Numbered from the stretch's first letter, positions 11,001 through 20,874 are shown. The stretch: 64,000 nucleotides of DNA from Myxococcales bacterium (GCA_047601445.1 JASGJH010000001.1:5152001-5216000), one strand, 5' to 3'. The notes: generated by a model from the sequence alone, not told the origin. Numbers and translations: made by a program.

Positions 11001-11740
11001 TGGTGTATCGGCCGTATCAGGAGGAGCTCGCGGGGCGCTTCCCGCTGCAGACCGACGCGAACACCCCTGCCACGCTGCAGGCCTTCGCGCGCTTCTTCCA
11101 GCCGGGCTCGGGCACGTTGTGGGCGTTCCAGAGCAGCCAGCTCGGTAGCAGCGTGGTGCTCGAAGGCGACCGCTTCCGCTTCGCTACCCAGGGCGGCGGC
11201 AGCGCGCGCGCGCTGTTCCGCGAGGAGCTGGTGACGTTTCTCAATCGCGCCAACGACGTGAAGGCTGCGTTCTTCCCGGCCAACGGAGCCGCCGTCCGCA
11301 TGCCCTTCCGCGTGCGCGTGCGCGGCGCCGCCGGCTACAGCGTCACGACCTTCTCCTTCAGCGGCAAGAACGTGCGCTACGACGCCGGCACCGAGAGCTG
11401 GGTCAACATGGAGTGGCCGGGCGATCAACCCTCGCTGGGCGCCAGCCTGACAGCGACCCCCTATCAGGGCCCCGCGCCGCGCCCGCTCAGCTTGGAGGGT
11501 GAGTGGGGCCTCTTCATGCTGCTCGATCCGCGCCTCGGGCACGGCCAAATCCTCGAGCGCAGCGACCGCCAGTTCACCGCGGGTTGGAAGCCCAAGGGCA
11601 GCCAAAACTGGATCAAAATCGACTTCGCCACCGACGACGGCCGCTCGCCGTTGCTCTCTGTCCCATTCGGAAGCGGTCCACGCAGCGTGCTGCCGCTGGC
11701 CATCCCGGCCCGCATCACCCACGCCGGCGGAGGCTGCTGA
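8096..11740 (+). CDS. tssM: T6SS TssM/IcmF
   Basis: LYRLPWY, Walker A GPPASGKT, GTRNCDWW, LDTAGR, TKCDL, RGAYFTSGTQEG; 1214 aa. Confidence 0.95.
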   Translation: MQTRILAIALCLLGLCFVGFAWWVYFSSGGQVHWGIPTLATAFPLVVTLLVVLIPRLSARQGAANLERALSNEAMREQRSNSARAPEIERLRNEFERAVGALKNSRLAKGQGSSRDALYRLPWYTIIGPPASGKTTVLRNSGLKFPHLTGTGDRLKGVGGTRNCDWWLTNHAVLLDTAGRWTLEEDDRGEWLAFLDLLKRHRGKQPLNGVIAAISIAGDEETSLAGVDIEGVKMLAGRVRERLDEITGRLGVALPVYLMFTKCDLISGFVETFGEMTPADRRQIWGFTAPLLRNDSVSAGTFFSDQFKTLQASVERYALSRMAQEVRPDVTSRIFEFPAQFAAIEDKLTAFVDELFEESAYGESPILRGAYFTSGTQEGSPADFLLSDIGRALNIRAPTDESTGEKKSYFLHDMLMRVVFEDRSLASASQEEMRRQAKQQRVWTSGLFGFATLVACLPTLSCHNNLESLERTRTTLTQSQEDVGLEGNSTTPHKVDRLLELQAEAARYEGGLPSVAFSFGLYQGDDIKTPLLRYYDVALREWLVRPLLNRNNERLITITQQLEALRAEGSPTRLGEKEQQELLDALQLHLLLTTPREDCIPKALARKDWILGRTQDLWQQAQEGDKDEQAKRRQLLTRYIERFAVAPEDLALSKDRRHVELARAALGSDDKVAQLLNGLMPRFAKDDRDLNSLVGATTTLEGRNKLPGAFTADAWRQTTRDVNSTRLWNTSDENWVLGCGASDAQQLTAAQRSSEFQIEFLKRYEEAWRQFLSGITSRTPSNATEAEIMLSEMVGRPGALGTLFQRVKENTELPPAPVEESAVDQVQGALADKLPAGVADKAKQLTHGPKQRSAQAANDAVERLKRNFAEFTGFGVSGPEGLEVPLEAYRKQIEPVLSALKAYRNDETQLPALTTAVGTALENVELLLSRFPSTWNPIFRELLVPPLSGVAAMGQRDRGEQVQKLWCQMVYRPYQEELAGRFPLQTDANTPATLQAFARFFQPGSGTLWAFQSSQLGSSVVLEGDRFRFATQGGGSARALFREELVTFLNRANDVKAAFFPANGAAVRMPFRVRVRGAAGYSVTTFSFSGKNVRYDAGTESWVNMEWPGDQPSLGASLTATPYQGPAPRPLSLEGEWGLFMLLDPRLGHGQILERSDRQFTAGWKPKGSQNWIKIDFATDDGRSPLLSVPFGSGPRSVLPLAIPARITHAGGGC

Positions 11741-11741
11741 G

Positions 11742-12740
11742 GTGCCCGCCGCGCTCACCCCGGCGTTGTTTGGCAAGCTCCCTTCCACCCTGGACTTCGT
11801 GCGGGTGAACCACACGAGCGAGGTCGGGGTGAGCTACGACCAGTGGACCGAGCGTTGTCTGCAGGAGCTCGCGCGCACAGGGGCGAGCTGGCCAAACCTC
11901 CCTCTGCGCTTCGTGCTTCCCGGGTCGTCCGGTGCTCAGGCCCTGGTCGGTGTGGTGTTGCCGAGCCGCGATCGGGCCGGGCGAAAGTTCCCCGTCACGC
12001 TCTATGCGGTGGTCCCGAGCACATCGATCACCCCAAGTCTCACTTCCCTGCCCCGCGGTTGGTCGAGCTTCTTCGAACAGGCCGAGCAGGCCCTGGCCGA
12101 TTCTTTCACCCTTAGGGGTGAAGAGCTCTTGGCTCGGGTGGCTTCGGTTGCGATACCTGGTCGCGATCAGCTCGAGGCTGCGCAGCGCGAGGAGCGCGCG
12201 CAGCGTTCTCCCGAGAGCTCAGCGGACGCACCGATCACCCCAACCTTACCCAACTCCATTCGCACGCAATTACAGTCCATTCTGCAGAAGATTCGGTCCG
12301 GACTCGAGGTCGGGTCCGCGCCGCGCGAGCGCGCGCCCGTGCTCGACTGCCCGGTCGCCGAAGCAAGCGACGTGAGCACCTGGTTCGCCCTCGCGGAGCG
12401 CCACCTGGCTGCCGCGCGAACGCTGCCCTGGTGCTTTTGGTCGTTGCCACAGGCAGAGCGTGAGGGGCGCATGTTGATGGGACTCGGCGCGCCGCCCCCT
12501 GTGGTTCCGGTCTGGTTTTCCAGCACACGCACCACCAGCGAGCGCTTGTGGACACTCAAGCTCGCGCAGGAACTGGAAGATCACACGGCATTCGAGTCAG
12601 CATCCGAGTCCGCCTTGGAACAAGCCGGCGAGCCCGCTGGCAGCGAACTCGCGACGCCTCACGAAGCCACACTCGCGCAACGCTTGTGGAGCGCTGCGAC
12701 ACAGCACGCACAGCCTGCGACCGAACGTCATTCGGGATGA
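11742..12740 (+). CDS. tagF: T6SS-associated TagF/ImpM
   Basis: FGKLPSTLDFVR and GVVLPSRDRAGRKFP motifs; directly after tssM. Confidence 0.88.
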   Translation: MPAALTPALFGKLPSTLDFVRVNHTSEVGVSYDQWTERCLQELARTGASWPNLPLRFVLPGSSGAQALVGVVLPSRDRAGRKFPVTLYAVVPSTSITPSLTSLPRGWSSFFEQAEQALADSFTLRGEELLARVASVAIPGRDQLEAAQREERAQRSPESSADAPITPTLPNSIRTQLQSILQKIRSGLEVGSAPRERAPVLDCPVAEASDVSTWFALAERHLAAARTLPWCFWSLPQAEREGRMLMGLGAPPPVVPVWFSSTRTTSERLWTLKLAQELEDHTAFESASESALEQAGEPAGSELATPHEATLAQRLWSAATQHAQPATERHSG

Positions 12741-12747
12741 GCGATCG

Positions 12748-12777
12748 TTGACAGGTGAACCCCGCAACGGCTATCGA
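12748..12777 (+). promoter_or_regulatory. Candidate sigma70-type promoter upstream of tssA
   Basis: TTGACA (12748-53), 18-nt spacer, TATCGA (12772-77), in the tagF-tssA gap. Confidence 0.35.
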
Positions 12778-12824
12778 CAACCCTGGTAGCTGACTCAGAA
12801 AACGGACACTCCAGCCCTCAGGTT

Positions 12825-13877
12825 TTGCACGTGCCTCCCTTCGATGCCGCCCCCTATCTCGCTCCCCCCGCAGGTCCCGGACCGTGTGGACGGGACATCG
12901 AGGTCACCGGCGAACTCAACGCGCTCGCCGACTCTGCCAAGGAGCCCGAGGAACCCGGCATCAAGGGCCAAGTCGCGAAGGACGAGCGCAACTGGCGTGA
13001 CATCCGCAATCGCGCGCAGGAGTTGCTCAAGACCTCCACGCACCTCCGCGTCGCCGGCTACCTGGCGCGCTCGCTCATCCATACCGACGGCCTGGTGCAC
13101 TTCTGCGGCTGCGTGGCGATGATCGCGCAGCTCGTCGAGCAACACTGGGAGCATCTCTATCCGCCGCTCGACTTCGACGGTGACGCCATCGAGCGCATCA
13201 ACATCCTCAAGGAGCTCGGCAGCGAAGAGACCCTCAACGACCTTCGCTACGCGCCCATCCTCAGCGTCAAGGGCCTGGGCTCCTTCGGTATCGGCGACCT
13301 CATGGTGGCCAAAGGCATGACGCCCGCGCGCGCGGGCACGAACCCGCCGAGCCCACAGGTGGTGCTCGCAGCGCTCGAGAACGCTCCGGTGGAGGAGCTC
13401 AAGCCCATCCTCGAGGCCGCGCAGCAAGCGTCGCAGGCATTGCAGAAGATCGCCGGCCTCATCAGCGCCAAGACGAACCAACCCTTCGTGATCGCCAAGC
13501 TGAGCGAGCTGCTCAAGCGATTCGAGGATTTCCTCGCGCCTCAAGTGGCCAAGCCCAGCGCCGTGCAGCCGGCGCCCGCAACAGCTGGTGCTCCGGCGGC
13601 CCCGGGCGCGGGACCTGCAGCCGCGGCCACGCCGGCAGAGCCGCCCCGCCCCGCCGTACCGGCAGGAGAAATCCAGACACGCCAGGAAGTCGCCCAGATG
13701 ATCGACAAGATCATCCGCTACTACGAGCGCAACGAACCTTCGAGCCCGGTGCCGCTCATCCTGCAGCGCGCCAAGCGCCTGACGGCGATGAACTTCATGG
13801 AGATCATGCGCGACCTGGCCGACAAGGGACTTCCCCAGATCGAAGCCGTCACGGGCAAAGAGAACGCAAAGGCCTAA
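12825..13877 (+). CDS. tssA: T6SS TssA (ImpA N-terminal domain)
   Basis: PCGRDIE, HLRVAGYL, WEHLYP; C-terminal YYERNEPSSPVP..LQRAKRL. Confidence 0.92.
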   Translation: MHVPPFDAAPYLAPPAGPGPCGRDIEVTGELNALADSAKEPEEPGIKGQVAKDERNWRDIRNRAQELLKTSTHLRVAGYLARSLIHTDGLVHFCGCVAMIAQLVEQHWEHLYPPLDFDGDAIERINILKELGSEETLNDLRYAPILSVKGLGSFGIGDLMVAKGMTPARAGTNPPSPQVVLAALENAPVEELKPILEAAQQASQALQKIAGLISAKTNQPFVIAKLSELLKRFEDFLAPQVAKPSAVQPAPATAGAPAAPGAGPAAAATPAEPPRPAVPAGEIQTRQEVAQMIDKIIRYYERNEPSSPVPLILQRAKRLTAMNFMEIMRDLADKGLPQIEAVTGKENAKA

Positions 13878-13940
13878 CCAGCCGAGATTTATGGGCGTCG
13901 GCAAGGGGGCCGGCGCTCAGAACGAGTTCGAGGAGGCAGT

Positions 13941-14462
13941 ATGTCAACCAGCTCTCAGAAATTCATCCAGCGTAACCGCGCTCCACGCGTGCAAATCGAG
14001 TACGAAGTCGAGCTCTACGGCGCCGAGAAAAAGGTTCAGCTGCCCTTCGTCATGGGAGTCATGGCCGATCTCTACGGCAAGCCCGAGAATCCGCCGCCCA
14101 AGGTCGACGAGCGCAAGTTCCTCGACGTCAACATCGACAACTTCGACGACCGCCTCAAGGCCATGAAGCCGCGCGTCGCGATGCAGGTGAAAAATACGCT
14201 CACCGGCGAGGGCTCGCTGCCCGTAGCCATCACCTTCCAGAGCATGGAGGACTTCTCGCCCGCGGCCATCGCCAACAAGGTGGAGCCTCTCAAGAAGCTG
14301 CTCGAGGCGCGTCAGCAGCTCTCCAACCTGCTCACGTACATGGACGGCAAGGGTGCCGCCGAAGAGTTGATCGCGCACAAGCTGAAGAACCTTGGTGAGT
14401 TCAAGTCACTGGTCGAGACGCTCGGCCTGGCTCCCAAGGACAAGGTCGAGGAGGGAGTCTGA
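13941..14462 (+). CDS. tssB: T6SS sheath small subunit TssB
   Basis: SSQKFIQRNRAPRVQIEYEVELYGAEKKVQLPFVMGVMADL; RBS GAGGAGG. Confidence 0.97.
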   Translation: MSTSSQKFIQRNRAPRVQIEYEVELYGAEKKVQLPFVMGVMADLYGKPENPPPKVDERKFLDVNIDNFDDRLKAMKPRVAMQVKNTLTGEGSLPVAITFQSMEDFSPAAIANKVEPLKKLLEARQQLSNLLTYMDGKGAAEELIAHKLKNLGEFKSLVETLGLAPKDKVEEGV

Positions 14463-14465
14463 GCC

Positions 14466-15953
14466 ATGGCCGAGTCACAAACCGAAAGCGCCGGTTCGAG
14501 CGCAGTTGCTGAAGACGATGCGTTCGGCGCGCTCTTGCGCAAGAGCTTCAAGCCCGCCACCGACGAGAAGGCCAAGGCCATCGAGCAGGCCGTCAGCACG
14601 CTGTGCGATTGGGCCACGCAGAACTCTGCGCTGCTCTCCGACGACACCGTAATCAGCATCAAGGGTCTGATCGCGCAGATCGACGCCAAGCTGAGCTCGC
14701 AGGTGAACGAGATCCTGCACCACCCGGATTTCCAGAAGCTCGAAGGTGCATGGCGTGGCCTGCATCACTTGGTGAACAACACCGAGACCGACGAGATGCT
14801 GAAGATCAGGGTGATGCCGATCTCCAAGCAAGAGCTCCATGGCACACTCAAGAAGTTCAAGGGTGCAGCCTGGGATCAGAGCCCGTTGTTCAAGAAGATC
14901 TACGAGGAAGAGTACGGCGTCCTCGGCGGCGAGCCGTTCGGCTGCCTGGTCGGCGACTACTACTTCGACCACAGCCCGATGGACGTGGAGTGCCTCGGAG
15001 AGATGGCGAAGATCGCCGCTGCCGCGCACGCACCCTTCATCTCGGCGGCTGCGCCCAACGTGATGGGCATGGAGTCCTGGCAGGAGCTTAGCAATCCGCG
15101 CGATCTCACCGCCATCTTCGGCACGCCCGAGTACGCCGGCTGGCGCTCGCTGCGGCAGTCCGAGGACTCGCGCTACATCGGCCTCACCATGCCGCGCTTC
15201 CTCGCGCGTCGCCCCTATGGCGCCAAGTCGGAGCCGGTGGAGGAGTTCGCCTTCGAGGAAGACACGGCGGGCGCGAGCTCCAGGAACTTCACCTGGGCCA
15301 ACGCGGCGTACGCGATGGCGGTGAACATCAACCGCGCGTTCAAGCTCTACGGCTGGTGCACCCAGATCCGCGGCATCGAGTCGGGCGGCAGCGTGACGGG
15401 TCTCCCGACCTACACGTTCCCCACCGACGACGGCGGCGTGGAGATGGCCTGTCCCACCGAGATCGCCATCGCCGACCGCCGCGAGGCGGAGCTCGCCAAG
15501 AACGGCTTCATGCCGCTCTTGCACCGCAAGAACAGCGACTTCGCGGCCTTCATCGGCGCGCAGTCCTTGCAGAAGCCCGTGACATACGACGACCCGGATG
15601 CCACGGCCAACGCCGAGCTCTCCGCACGTCTTCCCTACCTGTTCGCATCGGCCCGCTTCGCTCACTACCTCAAGGTCATCGTGCGCGACAAGGTCGGCTC
15701 CTCGATGAGCGGCGAGCAGTGCCAGACCTGGCTCAAGAACTGGATCAAGAACTACGTGCACGGCAATCCGTCCCACGCCAGCGAGCTCGAGAAGGCCAAG
15801 AAGCCGCTCGCGGCCGCCGAGGTGGTGGTGGAAGAAATCCCGGAGAACCCGGGTTACTACCGTGCGCAGTTCTTCCTCAAGCCGCACTACCAGCTCGAAG
15901 GTCTCACCATCGCGCTGAAGCTGGTGTCCAAGCTCAAGTCCGAGAAGAAGTAA
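14466..15953 (+). CDS. tssC: T6SS sheath large subunit TssC
   Basis: ILHHPDFQKLEGAWRGL, AAAAHAPFI, CPTEIAIADRRE, RFAHYLK, FLKPHYQLE. Confidence 0.97.
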   Translation: MAESQTESAGSSAVAEDDAFGALLRKSFKPATDEKAKAIEQAVSTLCDWATQNSALLSDDTVISIKGLIAQIDAKLSSQVNEILHHPDFQKLEGAWRGLHHLVNNTETDEMLKIRVMPISKQELHGTLKKFKGAAWDQSPLFKKIYEEEYGVLGGEPFGCLVGDYYFDHSPMDVECLGEMAKIAAAAHAPFISAAAPNVMGMESWQELSNPRDLTAIFGTPEYAGWRSLRQSEDSRYIGLTMPRFLARRPYGAKSEPVEEFAFEEDTAGASSRNFTWANAAYAMAVNINRAFKLYGWCTQIRGIESGGSVTGLPTYTFPTDDGGVEMACPTEIAIADRREAELAKNGFMPLLHRKNSDFAAFIGAQSLQKPVTYDDPDATANAELSARLPYLFASARFAHYLKVIVRDKVGSSMSGEQCQTWLKNWIKNYVHGNPSHASELEKAKKPLAAAEVVVEEIPENPGYYRAQFFLKPHYQLEGLTIALKLVSKLKSEKK

Positions 15954-16019
15954 CGCGACCGAAGGTCGGTCGTGTCCGTTGTTGGGATGAATGTTGGTCT
16001 GAATTAACTGGAGGCGACC

Positions 16020-16517
16020 ATGGCAGTCGATATGTTCATCAAGATCACGTCCTCTGAAGGGGACGTGGAAGGCGAGTCCGTTGACTCTCAGCACGGCGGC
16101 GAGATCGAAGTGCTCTCGTGGGCGTGGGGCATGTCGCAGAGCGGCAGCACCCACTCCGGCTCGGGCGGCGGCTCGGGCAAGGTAAACGTGAACGACCTGT
16201 CGATCACCAAGTACATCGACAAGTCCACGCCCACGCTCATGAAGATCTGCTGCAACGGCACGCACCTCCCCGAGGCGCTGCTCACCATCCGCAAGGCTGG
16301 CGGCACGTCCCCCGTGGAGTACGTGAAGCTCAAGCTCAAGGAGTGCATCGTCTCCTCGATCACCACCGGCGGCGCCGGCGGCGGGGATCGTCTCACCGAG
16401 ACGGTGTCCCTGAACTTCGCCGAGTTCCACTACGAGTACACGCCCCAGGAAGCCGACAACACCGCCGGTGCGTCGATTCCGATCGCGTGGAACATCGCGC
16501 AGAACGTCGAAGTCTGA
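16020..16517 (+). CDS. hcp: T6SS tube protein Hcp
   Basis: VEGESVD..HGGEIEVLSWAWG, DLSITKYIDKSTP, ETVSLNFA. Confidence 0.97.
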   Translation: MAVDMFIKITSSEGDVEGESVDSQHGGEIEVLSWAWGMSQSGSTHSGSGGGSGKVNVNDLSITKYIDKSTPTLMKICCNGTHLPEALLTIRKAGGTSPVEYVKLKLKECIVSSITTGGAGGGDRLTETVSLNFAEFHYEYTPQEADNTAGASIPIAWNIAQNVEV

Positions 16518-16534
16518 CGTCTGTCTGCTTCAAC

Positions 16535-16553
16535 GCTCGCGCCGCGCGCGAGC
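16535..16553 (+). terminator. GC-rich hairpin after hcp (attenuator or mRNA stabiliser candidate)
   Basis: GCTCGCGC-cgc-GCGCGAGC, an 8-bp stem with no U tract. Confidence 0.35.
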
Positions 16554-16629
16554 TATGCGCGAACTACCTCGCGTAGTCTTCTAGTCCTCAAGTCACGACC
16601 AAATTCCTCCCACAAGTTGAGTAAACCCC

Positions 16630-17445
16630 ATGCTGGCAGAGAGGCTCGCCCAAACGGGCAACCTGGAGGGCGTCCTCGCGAAACTGCAGGGCGAAGTGCG
16701 CGAATCGCCTGGCGACGCGCGCCTGCGCACCTTCCTGTTTCAACTTCTGTCAGTCATGGGGGATTGGGAGCGCGCCCTCAAGCAACTGCAGGCAGCGGGC
16801 ACCATGGACCCGGCCGCCGTTCCCATGGCGCACTCCTATCGCGAGCTGATTCGCTGTGAAGTCGTGCGAGCGGAGGTCTTCGCAGGCCGCGCTGCGCCCA
16901 CCGTGCTCGGAGAGCCCCGCGAATGGGTGCTGTCGCTGGTGAAGGCGCTCGAGCTCACGGCCCTGGGCCAACACGAACAAGCCGAATCGCTGCGCCAGAG
17001 CGCACTCGAAGCAGCGCCCGCGACCTTGGGCCGCGCCGACGCGCAGAGCTTCGCGTGGATCGCCGACGCCGACAGCCGCCTAGGCCCCGTGCTCGAGGCC
17101 ATCGTGCTCGGACGCTATTGCTGGATTCCCTTCGATCTCATCGAGAACCTCACCTTCGAGGCTCCCAAGGATTTGCGCGATCTAGTGTGGATGCCAGGGC
17201 TCATCACGCTGCGCGGACAGGACGCCCAGGTGGTCTTCGTGCCCGCACGCTATCCGGGCACCGAGCACCAGGACGACGCGCACAAGCTAAGCCGCAAGAC
17301 CACCTGGGAAGAGAGAGGCCAGACCACGTTTTGCGGGCTCGGGCAGCGCGTGTTCGCCACGGACACGGGAGATCTTTCCCTGCTCGACCTGCGCCAGCTG
17401 ACGTTGCAGGCGAGCGACGTAACCGCAGACGCCGCGCATGGCTGA
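16630..17445 (+). CDS. tagJ: T6SS accessory TagJ/ImpE
   Basis: LFQLLSVMGDWERALKQL, WIADADSRLGPVLE, LRDLVW, PARYPG, GLGQR. Confidence 0.93.
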   Translation: MLAERLAQTGNLEGVLAKLQGEVRESPGDARLRTFLFQLLSVMGDWERALKQLQAAGTMDPAAVPMAHSYRELIRCEVVRAEVFAGRAAPTVLGEPREWVLSLVKALELTALGQHEQAESLRQSALEAAPATLGRADAQSFAWIADADSRLGPVLEAIVLGRYCWIPFDLIENLTFEAPKDLRDLVWMPGLITLRGQDAQVVFVPARYPGTEHQDDAHKLSRKTTWEERGQTTFCGLGQRVFATDTGDLSLLDLRQLTLQASDVTADAAHG

Positions 17446-17953
17446 GGTGACCTCACGCGAACGGCTCAAGCCGTCGCTGCTCGATCGGCTCACGGATCAC
17501 AGCCCAGAACAACGCCGCGAGAGCATCGAGATGGCCGCCCAGAGCGGCTCGCAGCTGCGTGAGAGCGTGCGAAGAGACCTCGGTTGGCTGTTCAACACGG
17601 TGCAGCTCTCGTCGGCCATGCCGCAGCTCGCCGAGTACCCCGAGGTGAGCCGCTCGGTGCTGAACTTCGGCATTCCCGATTTGGCCGGGCGTGCCCTGAG
17701 CAGCCTCGATCCGAGGGAGCTCGAGAAGGTACTGCGCGCCACCATCTTGCAGTACGAGCCGCGCCTGCTGCGCAACACCGTAAACATGCGGGTCGCGGCC
17801 GACAAGACGCAGATGGGACAGAACTCGGTGGTGTTCTACGTGGAGGCGTCCCTGTGGTCGCAGCCCGTACCCGTCTCGCTCTATCTGCGCACGGAGCTGA
17901 ATCTCGAAGACGGATCGGTGCGCGTCGAGGAAGTCGACGCAGGAGCGAAGTAA
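17438..17953 (+). CDS. tssE: T6SS baseplate TssE (gp25-like)
   Basis: LKPSLLDRL, RDLGWLFNT, SVLNFGIPD, YEPRL. Confidence 0.95.
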   Translation: MAEVTSRERLKPSLLDRLTDHSPEQRRESIEMAAQSGSQLRESVRRDLGWLFNTVQLSSAMPQLAEYPEVSRSVLNFGIPDLAGRALSSLDPRELEKVLRATILQYEPRLLRNTVNMRVAADKTQMGQNSVVFYVEASLWSQPVPVSLYLRTELNLEDGSVRVEEVDAGAK

Positions 17954-19821
17954 TGGATCCGCGCTTTCTCCGCTACTACGAGCGCGAGCTCAAGAACGTG
18001 CGCGAGCTCGGGGGCGAGTTCGCACGCGAGTACCCCAAGATCGCAGGCCGACTTTCACTCGACGCCTTCGAGTGCGCGGACCCCTACGTGGAGCGGTTGC
18101 TCGAGGGTTTCGCATTCCTGGCGGCTCGCGTGCAGCTCAAGATCGACGCCGAATTCCCGGCGTTCACGCAGCACCTGCTCGAGCTCCTGTACCCAGGCTA
18201 TCTGGCGCCCACGCCGTCCATGGCCGTCGTGCAGCTGCGCCCGAGCCGACGCGAAGGCAACCTCGCGAGCGGCATCCGCGTGCCCAGGGGCACGAGCTTG
18301 CACTCGCGGCTGGGCGCCGGCTCCACGGCTTGCGAGTACCGCACGGGCCACGAGGTCACGCTGCTGCCGCTGGAGATCGTATCGGCCGACTACACGGCCG
18401 TGCTCGGGACCTTCTACGACGTGGAGAAGGCCCAGGTGCCCGGCGCGAAGGCAGCCCTGCGCGTGGTGCTTCGGACCACCGCGTCTGCCCCCTTCAACAA
18501 GCTCAACCTCGACGATCTCACCTTCTTCGTGAACGGTGGTAACGACGTCGCCGCGCGCCTGCACGAGAACGTGCTCTCCCACAACATGGGGATGTTGCTG
18601 CAGTCTACGCAGCGCCCGGTGGCGTTCCGGCACGTGCACCGGGGGCCCTCCGTGGCCGCCGTGGGCTACCACGAGGACGAAGCGCTCCTGCCCTGCGGTC
18701 AGCGGGCGTTCCAGGGCCATCGCCTGCTGCACGAGTACTTCGCATTCCCCACGCGCTACATGTTCTTCCAGGTGCGGGGCCTCGCCAAGCACGTGCGCCA
18801 GATCAGCGCCACGGAGCTCGAGCTCATCCTGCTGTTCAGCCGCAGCGATCCGCGCCTCGAGGGTGCGGTGCGCGCCGCGAACCTGGCGCTGTTCTGCACG
18901 CCGGTGGTGAACCTGTTCCCGCGCGTGGCCGACCGCATCCTGCTGAGCCATCGCGATCACGAGTACCACGTGATCCCGGACCGTACGCGCCCGCTGGACC
19001 TGGAGGTCTACGGGATCAGCCAGGTGATCGGTTACGGCAGCCGCAACAGCGAGCAAAAAGAGTTTTCGCCCATGTACGCGCTGCAGGGCGGTGCCAGCGA
19101 TCGGCGCGCCTACTATGCCGTGCGACGCGAACCGCGCGCGGCGTCGGCCCGTGAGCGCGCCCGCGGCCCACGCTCGGCCTACGCGGGGTCCGAGACGTTC
19201 GTCTCGCTGGTAGACGGCAACTTCGGTCCCTTCGACCCCGAGCTGAAGCAGCTCGGCATCACCACGCTCTGCACCAATCGCGACCTCCCGCTGCACCTGG
19301 TGTTCGGCCAGAGCGACACCGACTTCACCACGGACTCGGGCGCACCCGTGGAGAGCATTCGCTGCCTCTCCGGTCCCTCCGCGCCCAAGAATTCCCCGGT
19401 TTACGGTCCCACGGCCTGGCGCCTCCTGTCGCATCTCAACGTCGACTACCTGGCGCTCATGCGCGAGAACGACCAGGCCAGCGCCAACGCGCTGCGCTCC
19501 CTGTTGACCCTGTACGCAGACTTCTCCGACGCCGCCCACACCAAGCAGGTCGAGGGCTTGAACCGCGTGCGCTCGCAGACCGTGGTGCGTCCGCTGCCCT
19601 TTCCTGGGCCGCTCACGCTCGGCCGCGGGCTCGAGATCACGCTCGAGTGCGACGAGAGTGCCTTCGAGGGCTCGAGCGCGTTCTTGCTCGGAGCGGTGCT
19701 CGAGCGCTTCTTCGCTCGCTACGCGTCCATCAATGGCTTTTGCGAGACCGTGCTGCGCACGGTGCAACGAGGGGAGATTGTCCGGTGGCCCACGACGGCA
19801 GGACAGCGCAGGATGGTGTGA
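17953..19821 (+). CDS. tssF: T6SS baseplate TssF
   Basis: ATG at 17953 (TAATG overlap): MDPRFLRYYEREL, DPYVERLLEGFAFL, LLHEYFAFP, RYASIN. Confidence 0.96.
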   Translation: MDPRFLRYYERELKNVRELGGEFAREYPKIAGRLSLDAFECADPYVERLLEGFAFLAARVQLKIDAEFPAFTQHLLELLYPGYLAPTPSMAVVQLRPSRREGNLASGIRVPRGTSLHSRLGAGSTACEYRTGHEVTLLPLEIVSADYTAVLGTFYDVEKAQVPGAKAALRVVLRTTASAPFNKLNLDDLTFFVNGGNDVAARLHENVLSHNMGMLLQSTQRPVAFRHVHRGPSVAAVGYHEDEALLPCGQRAFQGHRLLHEYFAFPTRYMFFQVRGLAKHVRQISATELELILLFSRSDPRLEGAVRAANLALFCTPVVNLFPRVADRILLSHRDHEYHVIPDRTRPLDLEVYGISQVIGYGSRNSEQKEFSPMYALQGGASDRRAYYAVRREPRAASARERARGPRSAYAGSETFVSLVDGNFGPFDPELKQLGITTLCTNRDLPLHLVFGQSDTDFTTDSGAPVESIRCLSGPSAPKNSPVYGPTAWRLLSHLNVDYLALMRENDQASANALRSLLTLYADFSDAAHTKQVEGLNRVRSQTVVRPLPFPGPLTLGRGLEITLECDESAFEGSSAFLLGAVLERFFARYASINGFCETVLRTVQRGEIVRWPTTAGQRRMV

Positions 19822-20874
19822 GCGAGGAGCTGCTCGCCGCACTCACGGAGCACGACTTCTTCGGCGCGCTGCGGCGCGTGGAGTGCGTGCGTCGTGATCG
19901 GCCACGCCTCGGCGAAGCCACGCATATGGAGGACGAGGCCGTCCGACTCGGCCAGACGCCCGATCTCCGCGTTCTCCGCCCGCGCCATCGCCAGCTACAC
20001 CAAGTCCGACGACGAGACCCCGGCGCGCATCGACGTGAGCTTTTTGGGATTGTGGGGCGCCAACGGTCCGATGCCGTTGCACCTCACCGAGTATGCCTAT
20101 CAGCGCGCTCGTCACTCCCAGGACCACACACTCACTGCCTTCGCCAACATCTTCCACCACCGCATCCTCACGCTGCTCTATCGCGCCTGGGCCAACGCTC
20201 AGCCGACCACCAGCAACGACCGTCCCGAAGCCGACCGCTTCGCGGCCTTCATCGCTGCGCTCACCGGCATCGACCGCAGCACCGAAGACGGCGGGCCCAG
20301 CGGGCTAGACCACCTCTCGATGTACGTGGCGAGTCACTTCGTGGGCACCACGCGGCACCCGGAAGGCCTGGCCAAGGCGCTCTCCGTGCTGCTCGATGTG
20401 CCGGTGTCCATCGAGGAATTCGTGGGCGAGTGGCTCGATGTGCCGAGCGAGTTTTGCTGGCAGCTCGCGGCCAAGAACGTGGCGGACACCCGGCTCGGGC
20501 AGCTCGGACTGGGCACGCGCCTGGGCCGCCAAAAGTGGGAGCGTCAGTTCAAGTTCCGCGTGGTGCTCGGCCCGATGCGGCGCGCGACCTACGAGCGGCT
20601 CCTGCCGGGAGGCGCGGACCTCGCGCGCGTGGTGTCGGTGGTGCGGCGCTACACGGGCGCGGACCTCAGCTGGGATTTGCGGCTGATCCTGCGCACGAGC
20701 GACATGCAGCCTACCCGCCTCGGCGTCGCGGGGCGCCTCGGTACCAGCACCTACCTCGTGCGCGCGCAGAACGACGGCACGCGTCACTGGCAAGACCTCA
20801 CCTTCAACCCACTCCATGTGCCGAGCCCCTCAGGCTCGTCGGCCGTAGCCCAAAGCGAGGCGAACCATGTCTGA
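19818..20874 (+). CDS. tssG: T6SS baseplate TssG; +1 frameshift at ~19968
   Basis: GTG start overlaps the tssF stop. First frame gives DFFGALRRVE...VRLGQTPDL; second frame gives AFSA...FLGLWGANGPMPLHLTE, FHHRILTLLYRAW. Removing C19968 joins them. Confidence 0.92.

Noticed and set aside
9839..11815. Long antisense ORFs (also 14475-16430, 18055-19842, 45405-47636, 59898-62177)
   Set aside because: These are shadow frames of well-supported genes, expected with high GC3, and have no recognisable motifs.
19818..20874. tssG as a true pseudogene (inactive T6SS)
   Set aside because: It has a single +1 lesion in the same GATC context as four unrelated genes and no other decay in the cluster, so a sequencing error is more likely.
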